A stretch of DNA of 59,648 nt from positions 1 to 59,648 of the forward strand of contig CAZXUS010000002.1 in assembly GCA_964643985.1 (NCBI GenBank), read 5' to 3'. Of this stretch, positions 27,523-36,458 are shown in pieces. This DNA is from an uncultured Bdellovibrionales bacterium (GTDB lineage: Bacteria; Patescibacteriota; Minisyncoccia; Moranbacterales; DUUL01). The notes below the pieces were generated by a model, which was not told the DNA's origin, did not search any database, and worked only from the letters and a program-made list of their open reading frames with translations. A program made the translations under genes and the position numbers. Each line of letters begins with the position of its first letter. Position 1 is the stretch's first letter.

Positions 27523-27754
27523 AAAAAAGGGGGTAATTTTCGGAAGTTTATTTTTGAGTAGTTAGAAGCGGGAATGACAAAGGAGGGAGAATATTTATAA
27601 TTTATATTTTAAAATATTAGAAACAAGTTAAAAATTAAGTAGAGGCCACTTTTATTGAGTGGTTTTTTTGTTTTTCAAAATAATCTCATAGACGCTTCTA
27701 TGGAAGCTTTCAACTTTAAGTGATGGCCGTCACTTAAAGTTGGGTTTTGAATTA

Positions 27755-27873
27755 TCAAATACCAAATATCAAATAACAAATACTCAATACTAAATACTAA
27801 ATATTAATTTACTTTTTCGGTAGACTCGTTTGAAAAACGAGATACCAAATACTTAATACTCAATACTGTATAC
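27755..27873. repeat. AATACT-type simple-sequence satellite blocks
   Basis: ATCAAATACCAAATATCAAATAACAAATACTCAATACTAAATACTAAATATT and GATACCAAATACTTAATACTCAATACTGTATACT. Related block at 56907-56940. Confidence 0.6.
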
Positions 27874-27922
27874 TGGGCGCTGATGACCGATTACTGATGA
27901 CTAATTAATAATTATAATGTTT

Positions 27923-27951
27923 TTGACATTAGCGCTAATTTGCGTTAGAAT
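27923..27951 (+). promoter_or_regulatory. Sigma70-like promoter candidate for proS
   Basis: TTGACA, 17-nt spacer (containing the palindrome TTAGCGCTAA), TAGAAT. About 50 nt upstream of the proS ATG. Confidence 0.45.
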
Positions 27952-28000
27952 TACTTAAAATAACGATTACTCAAAATTACTAAGTAGTAAATTCATTTTT

Positions 28001-29707
28001 ATGTTGCAGTCAAAATTATTTCCTGGTTCTCTCAAGGAAGATCCTAAAGACGAGAAAAGTATTAGTGCTAAATATCTAATTAGAGCGGGTTTTATTGATA
28101 AGGTGATGGCCGGAGTTTATACGATGTTGCCTTTGGGATGGCGAGTGTTGGATAAAATCGAAGACATTATTCGAGAGGAAATGGATGCGATTGATGGTCA
28201 ACAAGTTTTCATGCCTTCTTTGAGTCCTCAAGAAAATTGGCGAAAAACGGCTGATCGATTGAATAAAATTGACGTGCTTTTTGAAGCCAGGGGTGCTAAT
28301 GACGAATCAAGAAGACGTAATGATGCTACTTATGTTTTGAACTGTACTCACGAAGATGTCGTCACACCACTCGCTAAAAAAATGCGGTTTAGTTATAAGG
28401 ACTTTCCTTTGGCGCTTTATCAAATTCAAACTAAATTTCGGAATGAAGCTCGGCCTAAAAGCGGAATTTTGCGAGGACGAGAATTTCGAATGAAAGATTT
28501 ATATAGTTTCCATCGTAGCGCGAAGGGGTTGCAGAAGTTTTATGAAACTAGCAAGGGTGCCTATACTAATGTTTTTGAACGGCTGGGAATTGGAGAAACC
28601 ACTCATATTACTTTAGCTTCGGGGGGTGATTTCACTAAAGATTTTTCTCATGAATTTCAGACGGAGTGCGAAGCCGGAGAGGATTTGGTTTTTAAGGTAA
28701 AGAGCACTGGAGTTTGCTATAATCGAGAAATTACTCCTAGTCAGGCTCCAGAGTTTAAGACCAACGAAGAACCTAAAAAAATGGAAATGATTAAAGGAGA
28801 AGGCGTAATTGGAGTTAATGATCTGGTTGAATTTTTGAAAATTGAAGTAGAAAGAACTACTAAAACTTTGGTTTATAAAACTGATCAAGGAGATTTTTTG
28901 TTGGCAGCGGTTCGGGGTGATTATGCAATTAATGAGGAAAAACTTTGCAAAGTGGCGGGAGTGGAGCGAGTGGAATTAGCCAAAGCCGAGGAAGTCAAAA
29001 AAATAATTGGAGCGGAAATCGGATACATCGGAATTGTGAATGTTCCTGAAAAAGTGAAAGTAATTATGGACGATTCTTTGAAAGGCCGAACGAATTTTGA
29101 AGCAGGTTCTAATAAAACAGATTATCATGTTGTTAATGTTAATTTTGGACAAGATTTGGAAGCACCAGATGAATTTTTTGATATTAAAACTGCCAAAGAG
29201 GGGGATTTATTTCCAGAAACTGGAGAGCAATATGAAGTTTTCAAAGGGGCAGAAGTGGGAAATATTTTTCCTTTGAATACTAAATTTTCGGAAGCTTTTG
29301 ATTATCGATTTACCGACAAAGACGGACAAAAAAAGATTGTTTATATGGGTTCTTACGGAATTGGTTCAACTCGAGCGATGGGTGTGATTGTTGAAAAACT
29401 TCATGATGAACGGGGAATTATTTGGCCGGAAGTAATTGCTCCTTACAAGGTGCATTTGATTTCAATTGGGGAGAATGAAGAAGCTCGAAAGCTTTATGAA
29501 AAATTACAAAGGGCGGGAGTAGAAGTTTTATTTGATGATCGTGATATGTCACCGGGCGGAAAATTTGCCGAAGCGGATTTGATTGGATGTCCTTATAGAG
29601 TAGTGATAAGTAGTAAGACTTTGGAAAAAGGAAAATTGGAAGTGAAGAAAAGGGCTGAGAAGGAAGTGGAGTTTTTGAGTGAGGCTGAATTGTTAGAAAA
29701 ACTTTAA
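28001..29707 (+). CDS. proS: Proline--tRNA ligase (bacterial type with insertion domain)
   Basis: Class II motifs (FRNEARPKSGILRGREFRMKDLYSF; GSYGIGSTR), a central INS-like region and a C-terminal anticodon-binding domain. 568 aa. Confidence 0.95.
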   Translation: MLQSKLFPGSLKEDPKDEKSISAKYLIRAGFIDKVMAGVYTMLPLGWRVLDKIEDIIREEMDAIDGQQVFMPSLSPQENWRKTADRLNKIDVLFEARGANDESRRRNDATYVLNCTHEDVVTPLAKKMRFSYKDFPLALYQIQTKFRNEARPKSGILRGREFRMKDLYSFHRSAKGLQKFYETSKGAYTNVFERLGIGETTHITLASGGDFTKDFSHEFQTECEAGEDLVFKVKSTGVCYNREITPSQAPEFKTNEEPKKMEMIKGEGVIGVNDLVEFLKIEVERTTKTLVYKTDQGDFLLAAVRGDYAINEEKLCKVAGVERVELAKAEEVKKIIGAEIGYIGIVNVPEKVKVIMDDSLKGRTNFEAGSNKTDYHVVNVNFGQDLEAPDEFFDIKTAKEGDLFPETGEQYEVFKGAEVGNIFPLNTKFSEAFDYRFTDKDGQKKIVYMGSYGIGSTRAMGVIVEKLHDERGIIWPEVIAPYKVHLISIGENEEARKLYEKLQRAGVEVLFDDRDMSPGGKFAEADLIGCPYRVVISSKTLEKGKLEVKKRAEKEVEFLSEAELLEKL

Positions 29708-29753
29708 TAAAATATTTAAATGTAATTGGTTACAAGCTGTTAGTCATTAAATT

Positions 29754-29781
29754 GATGACCGATGACCGATGACCGATGACC
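29754..29781 (+). repeat. Perfect tandem heptamer (GATGACC)x4 abutting the mreB start
   Basis: Read directly from the sequence. The track start ATG 29776 lies inside the fourth unit. Confidence 0.85.
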
Positions 29782-29787
29782 TTTTTA

Positions 29788-30840
29788 ATGTTAAACAAAA
29801 TACTGGGTAAATTATCTAAAGATATTGGAATTGACCTGGGAACAGCCAATACTTTAGTTTACGTCAAAGACAAAGGGATTGTTATCAACGAGCCTTCAGT
29901 GGTGGCGGTTAATAAGAATACTGGGCAGATTTTAGCGATCGGAAAAAAAGCCAATCGAATGGTGGGAAAAACTCCTTCGCATATTGTGGCTACTCGGCCT
30001 TTGGTGGATGGGGTAGTTTCTGATTTCGAAACGACAGAGCAAATGTTGAAATATTTTATTGACCGAGTTCATCAAGATTCTTTTACTTTTTTACCTCGGC
30101 CGAGAGTGGTGATCGGAATTCCTTCGGGCGTGACAGAGGTGGAACGGAGAGCAGTAATTGACGCGGCTAAGAATGCTGGAGCTAGGGAAGTCTATTTAAT
30201 TGATGAACCAATGGCGGCGGCGATTGGAGCCAGAATTCCAGTTCAAGATGCGGCGGGGAATATGATCGTTGATATTGGAGGCGGAACAACTGAAATTGCA
30301 GTGTTGTCTTTGGGCGGTGTGGTAGCTTGCAGAAGCTTACGAACGGCTGGGGATGGAATGAATGAGGATGTTATTCGATTTGCTCGAGATGAATTTAATT
30401 TATTGATTGGGGAGCGAACGGCGGAAAATGTGAAAATTGCGATTGGAAGTTCTCACGTCAAAGACAAGGAATTGAAAATGGCGATGCGAGGACGAGATTT
30501 AATCAGCGGTTTACCTAAGGAAGTGCAGATTACTAGTTCTCAAACTAGAGAAGCTTTTTCGCGGTCGATAAAAATTATCGTAAACGCCATTAAAGCTACT
30601 ATCGAAGAAACTCCGCCGGAGTTGGTAGGGGAAATAATGAGTCGAGGAATTGTTTTGGCTGGCGGGGGGACGTTGATTCGAGGTTTGGATAAGTTGATCG
30701 CGGAACATACTGAGATGCCTGTGAAGAGAATGGATGATCCTTTGACAGCGGTGGTGCGAGGAACGGGAATTGTTTTAGAAGATTTGGAAAGTTTGAAGGA
30801 AGTTTTAGTGGATATTCCAGACGATAAAAATTTTAGGTAA
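29788..30840 (+). CDS. mreB: Rod shape-determining protein MreB
   Basis: MLNKILGKLSKDIGIDLGTANTLVY aligns with canonical MreB N-termini, so ATG 29788 is preferred over 29776. Actin-fold phosphate and adenosine motifs are present. Confidence 0.93.
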   Translation: MLNKILGKLSKDIGIDLGTANTLVYVKDKGIVINEPSVVAVNKNTGQILAIGKKANRMVGKTPSHIVATRPLVDGVVSDFETTEQMLKYFIDRVHQDSFTFLPRPRVVIGIPSGVTEVERRAVIDAAKNAGAREVYLIDEPMAAAIGARIPVQDAAGNMIVDIGGGTTEIAVLSLGGVVACRSLRTAGDGMNEDVIRFARDEFNLLIGERTAENVKIAIGSSHVKDKELKMAMRGRDLISGLPKEVQITSSQTREAFSRSIKIIVNAIKATIEETPPELVGEIMSRGIVLAGGGTLIRGLDKLIAEHTEMPVKRMDDPLTAVVRGTGIVLEDLESLKEVLVDIPDDKNFR

Positions 30841-30906
30841 GGATTAATTTTTTTTTGGACTTTTTCCTATTTGAAATAATTTAGAAATATTTTTTATTTG
30901 AATTTA

Positions 30907-31710
30907 ATGGCTAAGAATAAAAAAATAAATAGTTGGTTCTTAATCGGATTGTTCTTGATTTTAGCGATTTTGTTTTTTAATTCAAAACAGAATAAGCCTT
31001 TGCAATCTTTTTTTTATAATGTGAATAAGCCTTTTGCTAGAGTTTTTTCTGGAATGGGAGGCTGGTTTAGTGATAAAATTTCTTTTGTTTCAAATATCGG
31101 AGATTTGAAAAAAGAAAATGAAGAACTTTTTAATGAAAATTTGAAATTAAAATTTGATTTATCTCAAATAAAAGAGGCTGAAAATGAAAATAAAATTTTA
31201 AGGAAAGAGCTGGAATTGATGGCTAAGGCTGATTTTGAGGTTGAAGCTAGTTTAATCTTAGGACAAACTCTTTCACAAAATCGCAAAATTATTTATTTAG
31301 ATAAAGGAGCTAAAAATGGATTCAAAGAAGGGATGCCAGTTATTGTTGGGGGTGGAATTTTAATTGGTAAGATTAGCAAAGTTTACAAAAATAGTTCCGA
31401 GGCGGAATTAGTTCTAGATAAAAACAATAAGATTAATGCTGAAATTCAAGAAATTCAAGTTAAAGGAATTGTTCAGGGAGAATATGGAACTTCGGCGGTT
31501 ATGGATATGATTCCTCAGACTGCTGAAATTCAGACGGGGCAGACCGTGATTACTTCTGGTCTAGGTGAAACTTATCCTCGAGGACTTTTAATTGGGTCTA
31601 TCAAAAAAAAGGAGATGACAGTTGATCAACTTTTTCAAAAAGCCTTTTTAGAGCTTCCAATTCAATTTAATAACTTAAGAATGGTTTGGATTATTAAGAA
31701 TGTTAAATGA
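30907..31710 (+). CDS. mreC: Rod shape-determining protein MreC
   Basis: N-terminal TM, coiled coil, C-terminal beta domains (GMPVIVGGGILIGKI; VITSGLGETYPRGLLIG). ATG 30907 preferred over TTG 30898. ATGA overlap with mreD. Confidence 0.85.
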   Translation: MAKNKKINSWFLIGLFLILAILFFNSKQNKPLQSFFYNVNKPFARVFSGMGGWFSDKISFVSNIGDLKKENEELFNENLKLKFDLSQIKEAENENKILRKELELMAKADFEVEASLILGQTLSQNRKIIYLDKGAKNGFKEGMPVIVGGGILIGKISKVYKNSSEAELVLDKNNKINAEIQEIQVKGIVQGEYGTSAVMDMIPQTAEIQTGQTVITSGLGETYPRGLLIGSIKKKEMTVDQLFQKAFLELPIQFNNLRMVWIIKNVK

Positions 31711-32213
31711 AAAAAATTAATTTAATTTTACTCTGGCTGGCTTTTTTGATTCAATTTTCTTTTTTATCAAAGTTTGCTTGGGATTTTCAAATACCAAATT
31801 TAATTTTAATTACAGTCGTAATTATTGGGGTTCGAAAAAATTTAGCAGAAAATTTAGGCTGGTTTTTGTTAGCGGGTTTTATTTTTGAAATTTTTTCAGT
31901 TGAATTTTTTGGTTTTAATTTGATTCTTTTTGTCGGAGTAGGTGGTGCAATTTGGTTTTTGAGAAATATTATTTTAAACAGAGAAAATAATATTTTAGTA
32001 GAAATATTTTTTTGGGGTATAGTTAAAATTATTTGGGATTTATTTTATAAAATTGAATTATTTTTAAAAGAATTATTTCAAGGAAATTGGCAGATTGAAA
32101 TATGGACAACTTTTTCAAAAAATTATTTTAAAGAAATAATAGCATTTGTTTTAGTAGCTGTTTTGATAGCGGTTGTGAGTAATTATTTTCGAAAATATAA
32201 AGAGAAACTATAA
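31707..32213 (+). CDS. mreD: Rod shape-determining protein MreD (by position and topology)
   Basis: 168-aa polytopic membrane protein between mreC and mrdA, translationally coupled at both ends. Confidence 0.7.
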   Translation: MKKINLILLWLAFLIQFSFLSKFAWDFQIPNLILITVVIIGVRKNLAENLGWFLLAGFIFEIFSVEFFGFNLILFVGVGGAIWFLRNIILNRENNILVEIFFWGIVKIIWDLFYKIELFLKELFQGNWQIEIWTTFSKNYFKEIIAFVLVAVLIAVVSNYFRKYKEKL

Positions 32214-34141
32214 TGTTTGGTAAAAAAGAAATTAAAACAGGAGTTGAAATAGATAATCCAATCGGATTTTCTTCTATTGCTGGACAAAGTGAAGATGTTA
32301 ATAATCAGAAAAAAATCATTAAAGCCAATTCTCTTATTGTCTGGTTTTTTTTGAATGTTGTTTTTTTGATTATTGCTGGGAGGGTTTTTTATCTGCAAGT
32401 TTTGAAAGGGGCTTATTACAAAAACATCGCGGAAAATAATCGAATTAAAAATGTTGAAGTGAAAGCGCCTCGAGGTTTGATAATTGATCGAAATGGCGAA
32501 ATTTTGGCTAGTAATATTCCGAGTTTTGATCTTGTCTTTATTCCCAGCGAACTACCTGTTAATTATCAAGATCGTAAGAAAATTTATTCGAGTTTGGCAA
32601 TTGAAAATGGTTTAGAAAAAATGAAAATCGAAAATATAATTGAGGGAGTAGACCGAAAAATTCAAAAAAAATATTTGATTAAAGAGGGAATTGATTATGA
32701 TAAAGCTTTAGTCTTGATTGAAAAATTACAAAATTTGTCAGGAATTTATTTGCAAAAAACAGTTAGAAGAAAATATGAAAAAGGGGAAATTATTTCTTCT
32801 GTCCTTGGTTATACTGGAAAGATAACGGAGCAAGAATTGAAAGCAAAAAGTAGTTATTCCATTAATGACTATATCGGAAAAAATGGTTTGGAATATTATT
32901 ATGAAAATTGGTTGAAAGGCCAGAGTGGTCAAGTTAGAACTGAAGTGGATTCAAGCGGAGTTGTTAAAAAAGAATTGGGAATTAAACCTCCAATTAGCGG
33001 AAATAAATTAGTTTTAAATATTGATTATAATCTTCAGAGAAAAAGTTTTGCGGTTTTACAAAATATTCTAGAAGTCAACAAAGAGGCCAAAGGAGCGGCT
33101 ATGGTCGCTATTGATCCTCGGGATGGGTCGGTTTTGGCGTTAGTTTCTTTGCCTAGCTATGATAATAATTTATTTGCAGATGGAATAACAACTGAAGAAT
33201 ATCAAGGATTTTTGAGCAATCCTTTTAACCCTTTAACGAATAGAGTCATTAGTGGTGAATATCCACCTGGGTCGATTTATAAGCCTTTTTTGGCGGCGAT
33301 GGGGCTTGAAGAAGGTGTTATTAATGAAAATACGACTTTGAATTGTACTGGTTCTATTTCAGTTGGAGCCTGGTCTTTTGGCGATTGGAAAACTCACGGA
33401 ATAACTGATTTGAATAAAGCGATAGCGGAAAGTTGTAATGTTTATTTTTATGCGGTGGGAGGAGGATGGAATAATATTTCAGGCTTGGGAATTGACAGAA
33501 TGAGTAAATATTCTAGATATTTTGGGTTGGGTGATTTAACTCAAATCGATATTCCTTCAGAAGCGACGGGGACTGTTCCTGATGCTGAGTGGAAATTTAA
33601 AGAAATTGGAGATAGGTGGTATATTGGAGATAGTTATCATATGTCGATTGGACAAGGTTTCACGGCTGTTACGCCTTTGCAAATGGCTTTGGCGACTTCG
33701 GCAATTGCTAACGAGGGAACTTTATATCAGCCTGAAATAGTTGATAAAATAGTTAGTCCAACGGGTCAAGAGCAAGAAATCGAAAAAAAAATTATTCGAG
33801 ATAATTTTATTTCTAAGGATAATTTCAAAAAAGTGAAAACTGCAATGAGAGAAACGGTAGTGAGGGGTTCAGGGGTGAGTTTGAACGATATGAAGGTGGC
33901 AGTTTCAGGAAAAACTGGAACGGCTCAATTCGGAGCTGAAGATAAAACTCATGCCTGGTTTACTTCTTTTGCTCCATTTGACAATCCAGAAATTGCCATG
34001 GTGGTGTTGGTCGAATCAGGTGGGGAGGGTCACGATTGGGCGGTTCCGGCGACCGAACAAATTTTGAGAGAATATTTTAAAGAAGAATCAGAAGAAATTG
34101 ATTGGTCGGAAATTGAAAGAAGAGTAAAAGCACGAAATTAA
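32213..34141 (+). CDS. mrdA: Penicillin-binding protein 2 (elongation transpeptidase)
   Basis: SxxK (GSIYKPF), SxN (ESCNVYF) and KTG (GKTGTAQ) motifs, with an N-terminal TM plus dimerisation domain. Confidence 0.92.
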   Translation: MFGKKEIKTGVEIDNPIGFSSIAGQSEDVNNQKKIIKANSLIVWFFLNVVFLIIAGRVFYLQVLKGAYYKNIAENNRIKNVEVKAPRGLIIDRNGEILASNIPSFDLVFIPSELPVNYQDRKKIYSSLAIENGLEKMKIENIIEGVDRKIQKKYLIKEGIDYDKALVLIEKLQNLSGIYLQKTVRRKYEKGEIISSVLGYTGKITEQELKAKSSYSINDYIGKNGLEYYYENWLKGQSGQVRTEVDSSGVVKKELGIKPPISGNKLVLNIDYNLQRKSFAVLQNILEVNKEAKGAAMVAIDPRDGSVLALVSLPSYDNNLFADGITTEEYQGFLSNPFNPLTNRVISGEYPPGSIYKPFLAAMGLEEGVINENTTLNCTGSISVGAWSFGDWKTHGITDLNKAIAESCNVYFYAVGGGWNNISGLGIDRMSKYSRYFGLGDLTQIDIPSEATGTVPDAEWKFKEIGDRWYIGDSYHMSIGQGFTAVTPLQMALATSAIANEGTLYQPEIVDKIVSPTGQEQEIEKKIIRDNFISKDNFKKVKTAMRETVVRGSGVSLNDMKVAVSGKTGTAQFGAEDKTHAWFTSFAPFDNPEIAMVVLVESGGEGHDWAVPATEQILREYFKEESEEIDWSEIERRVKARN

Positions 34142-34165
34142 ATTTTAAAAAATAAAGATAACGAA

Positions 34166-34375
34166 ATGGCACAAAAAAATATTCAAGAAGATTTTCAGCA
34201 GTTGGAAAGCATTATTAATAAATTAGAAAATCAAAAAGTTGGTTTAGAAGAAAGTTTAAAATTATTTGAAGATGGTTCAAAAATTATTAAAAGTTGTCAT
34301 AGTCAACTAAAAAAAGCTAAGAATAAATTTGAAGAAATAAAACAAGATTTGGAAAGTGAAATAAAAGAAAATTAG
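34166..34375 (+). CDS. xseB: Exodeoxyribonuclease VII small subunit
   Basis: 69-aa helical protein with FQQLESIINKLEN..VGLEESLKLFEDG, typical of XseB. Confidence 0.8.
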   Translation: MAQKNIQEDFQQLESIINKLENQKVGLEESLKLFEDGSKIIKSCHSQLKKAKNKFEEIKQDLESEIKEN

Positions 34376-34413
34376 AAAATATAGAATTTTTTAAATTTAT
34401 AAAAATTTAGATC

Positions 34414-34441
34414 AAAAAAACAGACCTTGCGGTCTGTTTTT
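34414..34441. terminator. Bidirectional rho-independent terminator between convergent xseB and rpmB
   Basis: AAAAAAA-CAGACC-TTGC-GGTCTG-TTTTT. Confidence 0.7.
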
Positions 34442-34458
34442 GAAAAGTAGAAAAAAAT

Positions 34459-34629
34459 TTATTTAACTTTATTCATTGTTCGAATGCAAGCAGTGCAGAC
34501 TTTCTTCTTTACTCCGTCAATTTTCTTAGTTTGAATATTGACTTTGAATTTTCTTTTAGTAGCAACGTTAGAATGAGATCGTTTGTTTCCGGTTTGAGCT
34601 CTTTTGTTGCAAATTTGACATTTAGCCAT
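34459..34629 (-). CDS. rpmB: 50S ribosomal protein L28
   Basis: Hand translation of the minus strand gives MAKCQICNKRAQTGNKRSHSNVATKRKFKVNIQTKKIDGVKKKVCTACIRTMNKVK (56 aa, below the track cut-off). Matches the L28 N-terminal signature. The track ORF 34509-34709 is a different frame. Confidence 0.85.
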   Translation of the reverse strand: MAKCQICNKRAQTGNKRSHSNVATKRKFKVNIQTKKIDGVKKKVCTACIRTMNKVK

Positions 34630-34745
34630 ATCTTTAGTTGAAATTTTATAAAAAGTATTCTAAAATAAATTGAGGTTTTCCTTGAGTGAATACTTAAGGA
34701 TATTACCAACTTTATTTAATTATGTCAATAATTTAAACTTAACTT

Positions 34746-35393
34746 ATGGATTTCTTTTTAATAATAGTTTTAATTGCAGTTCTAATTTTTTCAGTAATTG
34801 TTCATGAAATTGCTCATGGATTGGCGGCTTTGTGGCAAGGCGACTGGACGGCTCAACAAGCGGGACGATTGACTTTGAACCCTATTAAACATCTTGATCC
34901 TTGGGGTTCGTTTGTGGTACCTTTCCTTCTGATTGCTTTTCAGGCGGGAATTATTTTTGGTTGGGCTAAACCAGTCCCGTATAATCCTTATAATCTTCGA
35001 GACCAAAAATATGGGCCAGCGATTGTAGCAATGGCCGGACCTTTTTCTAACTTGTTGCTGGCTTTATTTGCTGGGGTTTTAATGAGAATATTTTTAGTAA
35101 TCGGAATTAGTGCTTCTTCTTTCATATTCGTGGTTTTGTTTCTATTCATTCAAATCAATCTTTTACTGATGATTTTTAATCTATTACCCATCCCACCTTT
35201 AGACGGTTCGAAATTGTTATTTACCTTTTTACCGATTTCAGAACACACCAAGCAATTATTAGAGCAATATGGCTTTATCTTTTTATTGTTATTCCTATAT
35301 TCATTTTCTGGAGTTTTTGGCGTAGTTTTGGAATTTGCGATGAAACTTTTTTCTGATTATGTAGTGGGGGTGAATATCCTTAGTTTTTTTTAG
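34746..35393 (+). CDS. Site-2 protease family (peptidase M50) membrane metalloprotease
   Basis: HEIAHGLAA (HExxH) in the first TM, NLLPIPPLDGS motif, polytopic. Confidence 0.85.
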   Translation: MDFFLIIVLIAVLIFSVIVHEIAHGLAALWQGDWTAQQAGRLTLNPIKHLDPWGSFVVPFLLIAFQAGIIFGWAKPVPYNPYNLRDQKYGPAIVAMAGPFSNLLLALFAGVLMRIFLVIGISASSFIFVVLFLFIQINLLLMIFNLLPIPPLDGSKLLFTFLPISEHTKQLLEQYGFIFLLLFLYSFSGVFGVVLEFAMKLFSDYVVGVNILSFF

Positions 35394-35399
35394 TTTGAA

Positions 35400-35694
35400 T
35401 AGGATTGTTTTCAATCATTCTTCTTGTTGCTTGTTTCGCTGAGGTTCGTCTCGCGTTGCTTGCCGATGTGGAATTGCCGATGTGGACTTTTCCATTTTTG
35501 GTTTAGAGTTTACTTTTTATTATTATTTCTACTAAAGTTTGAATTTTAAATTAAATTATTTAAAAATTTATTATATTAACTTCGATTGGTGCTTTAAAGA
35601 TTACGAAATATAGTAACGAAATAATAATAAAAAGTAAATTCTGATTATTTAAAAATTGATAAATTTCACAACAAAACTGTGATTAGAAACAAGC
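35400..35694. mobile_element. Family T nested palindromic element (about 295 nt)
   Basis: Ends AGGATTGTTTTCAATCA ... TGATTAGAAACAAGC are inverted. There is an inner 24-bp inverted repeat (GAGTTTACTTTTTATTATTATTTC / GAAATAATAATAAAAAGTAAATTC). A degenerate GC-rich hairpin module lies at about 35440-35480. Ends are related to 54468-54540 and 46625-46690. Confidence 0.55.
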
Positions 35695-35706
35695 GTTAGA
35701 TTGGTA

Positions 35707-35735
35707 TTGACAATAATCTTAAAAAAGACTAAAAT
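35707..35735 (+). promoter_or_regulatory. Sigma70-like promoter candidate for rplJ-rplL
   Basis: TTGACA, 17-nt spacer, TAAAAT. Confidence 0.55.
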
Positions 35736-35758
35736 TATTTTATTAAAACTGAATATTC

Positions 35759-35846
35759 CGTAGACGTTGGGCGCTTCATAAGTCCTGATTAGGAAAAACT
35801 TTCAACTTGTTAAAAGTTTTTATCGTCTGCGAGAAGCAGATTTTTT
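35759..35846 (+). promoter_or_regulatory. Candidate rplJ leader / attenuator
   Basis: CGTAGACG (35759-35766) can pair with CGTCTGCG (35824-35831). This overlaps a terminator-like hairpin TCTGC-GAGAA-GCAGA followed by TTTTTT, giving mutually exclusive structures just upstream of the L10 start. Confidence 0.4.
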
Positions 35847-35863
35847 ATTTTTAAGAAAGAATA

Positions 35864-36388
35864 ATGCTATCAAAAGAGCAAAAAAAGAAGATTGTCTCAG
35901 AAGTAGCAAGTTTGATTAAAGAGAGCAAAACAACCGCTTTGTTTGATTATAAAAGTCTTTCAGTGGCTGAAATGTCAGAACTGAGAGACAAGCTAAGAGA
36001 AAATGAGGCAGAATTAAAAATTTTGAAAAAAAGTTTAGCGACTTTGGCTTATGCCGAAGTTGGAATTGAAATTAATGTTCGAGAATTTGATGGGCAAGTA
36101 GCCGTCGCAGTCAAAGGACATGATGAAATTTCAGTGCCGAAAGCTTTGGTGCAATTTGCCCAAGAGCGAAAAGAGGTAGAGCGAGTTTTGGGAGGAACAT
36201 TGGAAGGAGTGATTATTGCTAACGATAAAGTTATGGATTTAGCAAAATTGCCTAGTAAGGAAGAATTGTTGGCTAAAGCCGTTGGTTCTATTAAGAGTCC
36301 GATTTCAGGTTTTGTTAATGTTTTGTCAGGGAATTTGAGAAACTTAGTTGGCGTCCTTAGTTCTATTAGAGAAACTAAGGAAATTTAA
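35864..36388 (+). CDS. rplJ: 50S ribosomal protein L10
   Basis: 174 aa, typical L10 N-terminus and position upstream of rplL. Confidence 0.93.
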   Translation: MLSKEQKKKIVSEVASLIKESKTTALFDYKSLSVAEMSELRDKLRENEAELKILKKSLATLAYAEVGIEINVREFDGQVAVAVKGHDEISVPKALVQFAQERKEVERVLGGTLEGVIIANDKVMDLAKLPSKEELLAKAVGSIKSPISGFVNVLSGNLRNLVGVLSSIRETKEI

Positions 36389-36458
36389 AAATGTTTTTTA
36401 GGGGTAAGTGTTTTTGTTTAATTCGTATGTATAATAATAATTTATTAATTTTAAAATT

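Noticed and set aside
29776-29787. Upstream in-frame ATG or TTG/GTG starts given by the ORF track for mreB, recR, ppaC, mreC, the kinase, the lipoprotein and others
   Set aside because: The extensions lie in repeats or lack an SD, and the shorter forms align with canonical N-termini (for example MLNKILGKLSKDIGIDLGTANT for MreB). The downstream ATG was therefore used.
34509-34709. Track ORF 34509-34709 (minus strand)
   Set aside because: A different frame of the same strand encodes a clear L28 (34459-34629). The 66-aa track ORF has no features and overlaps it.
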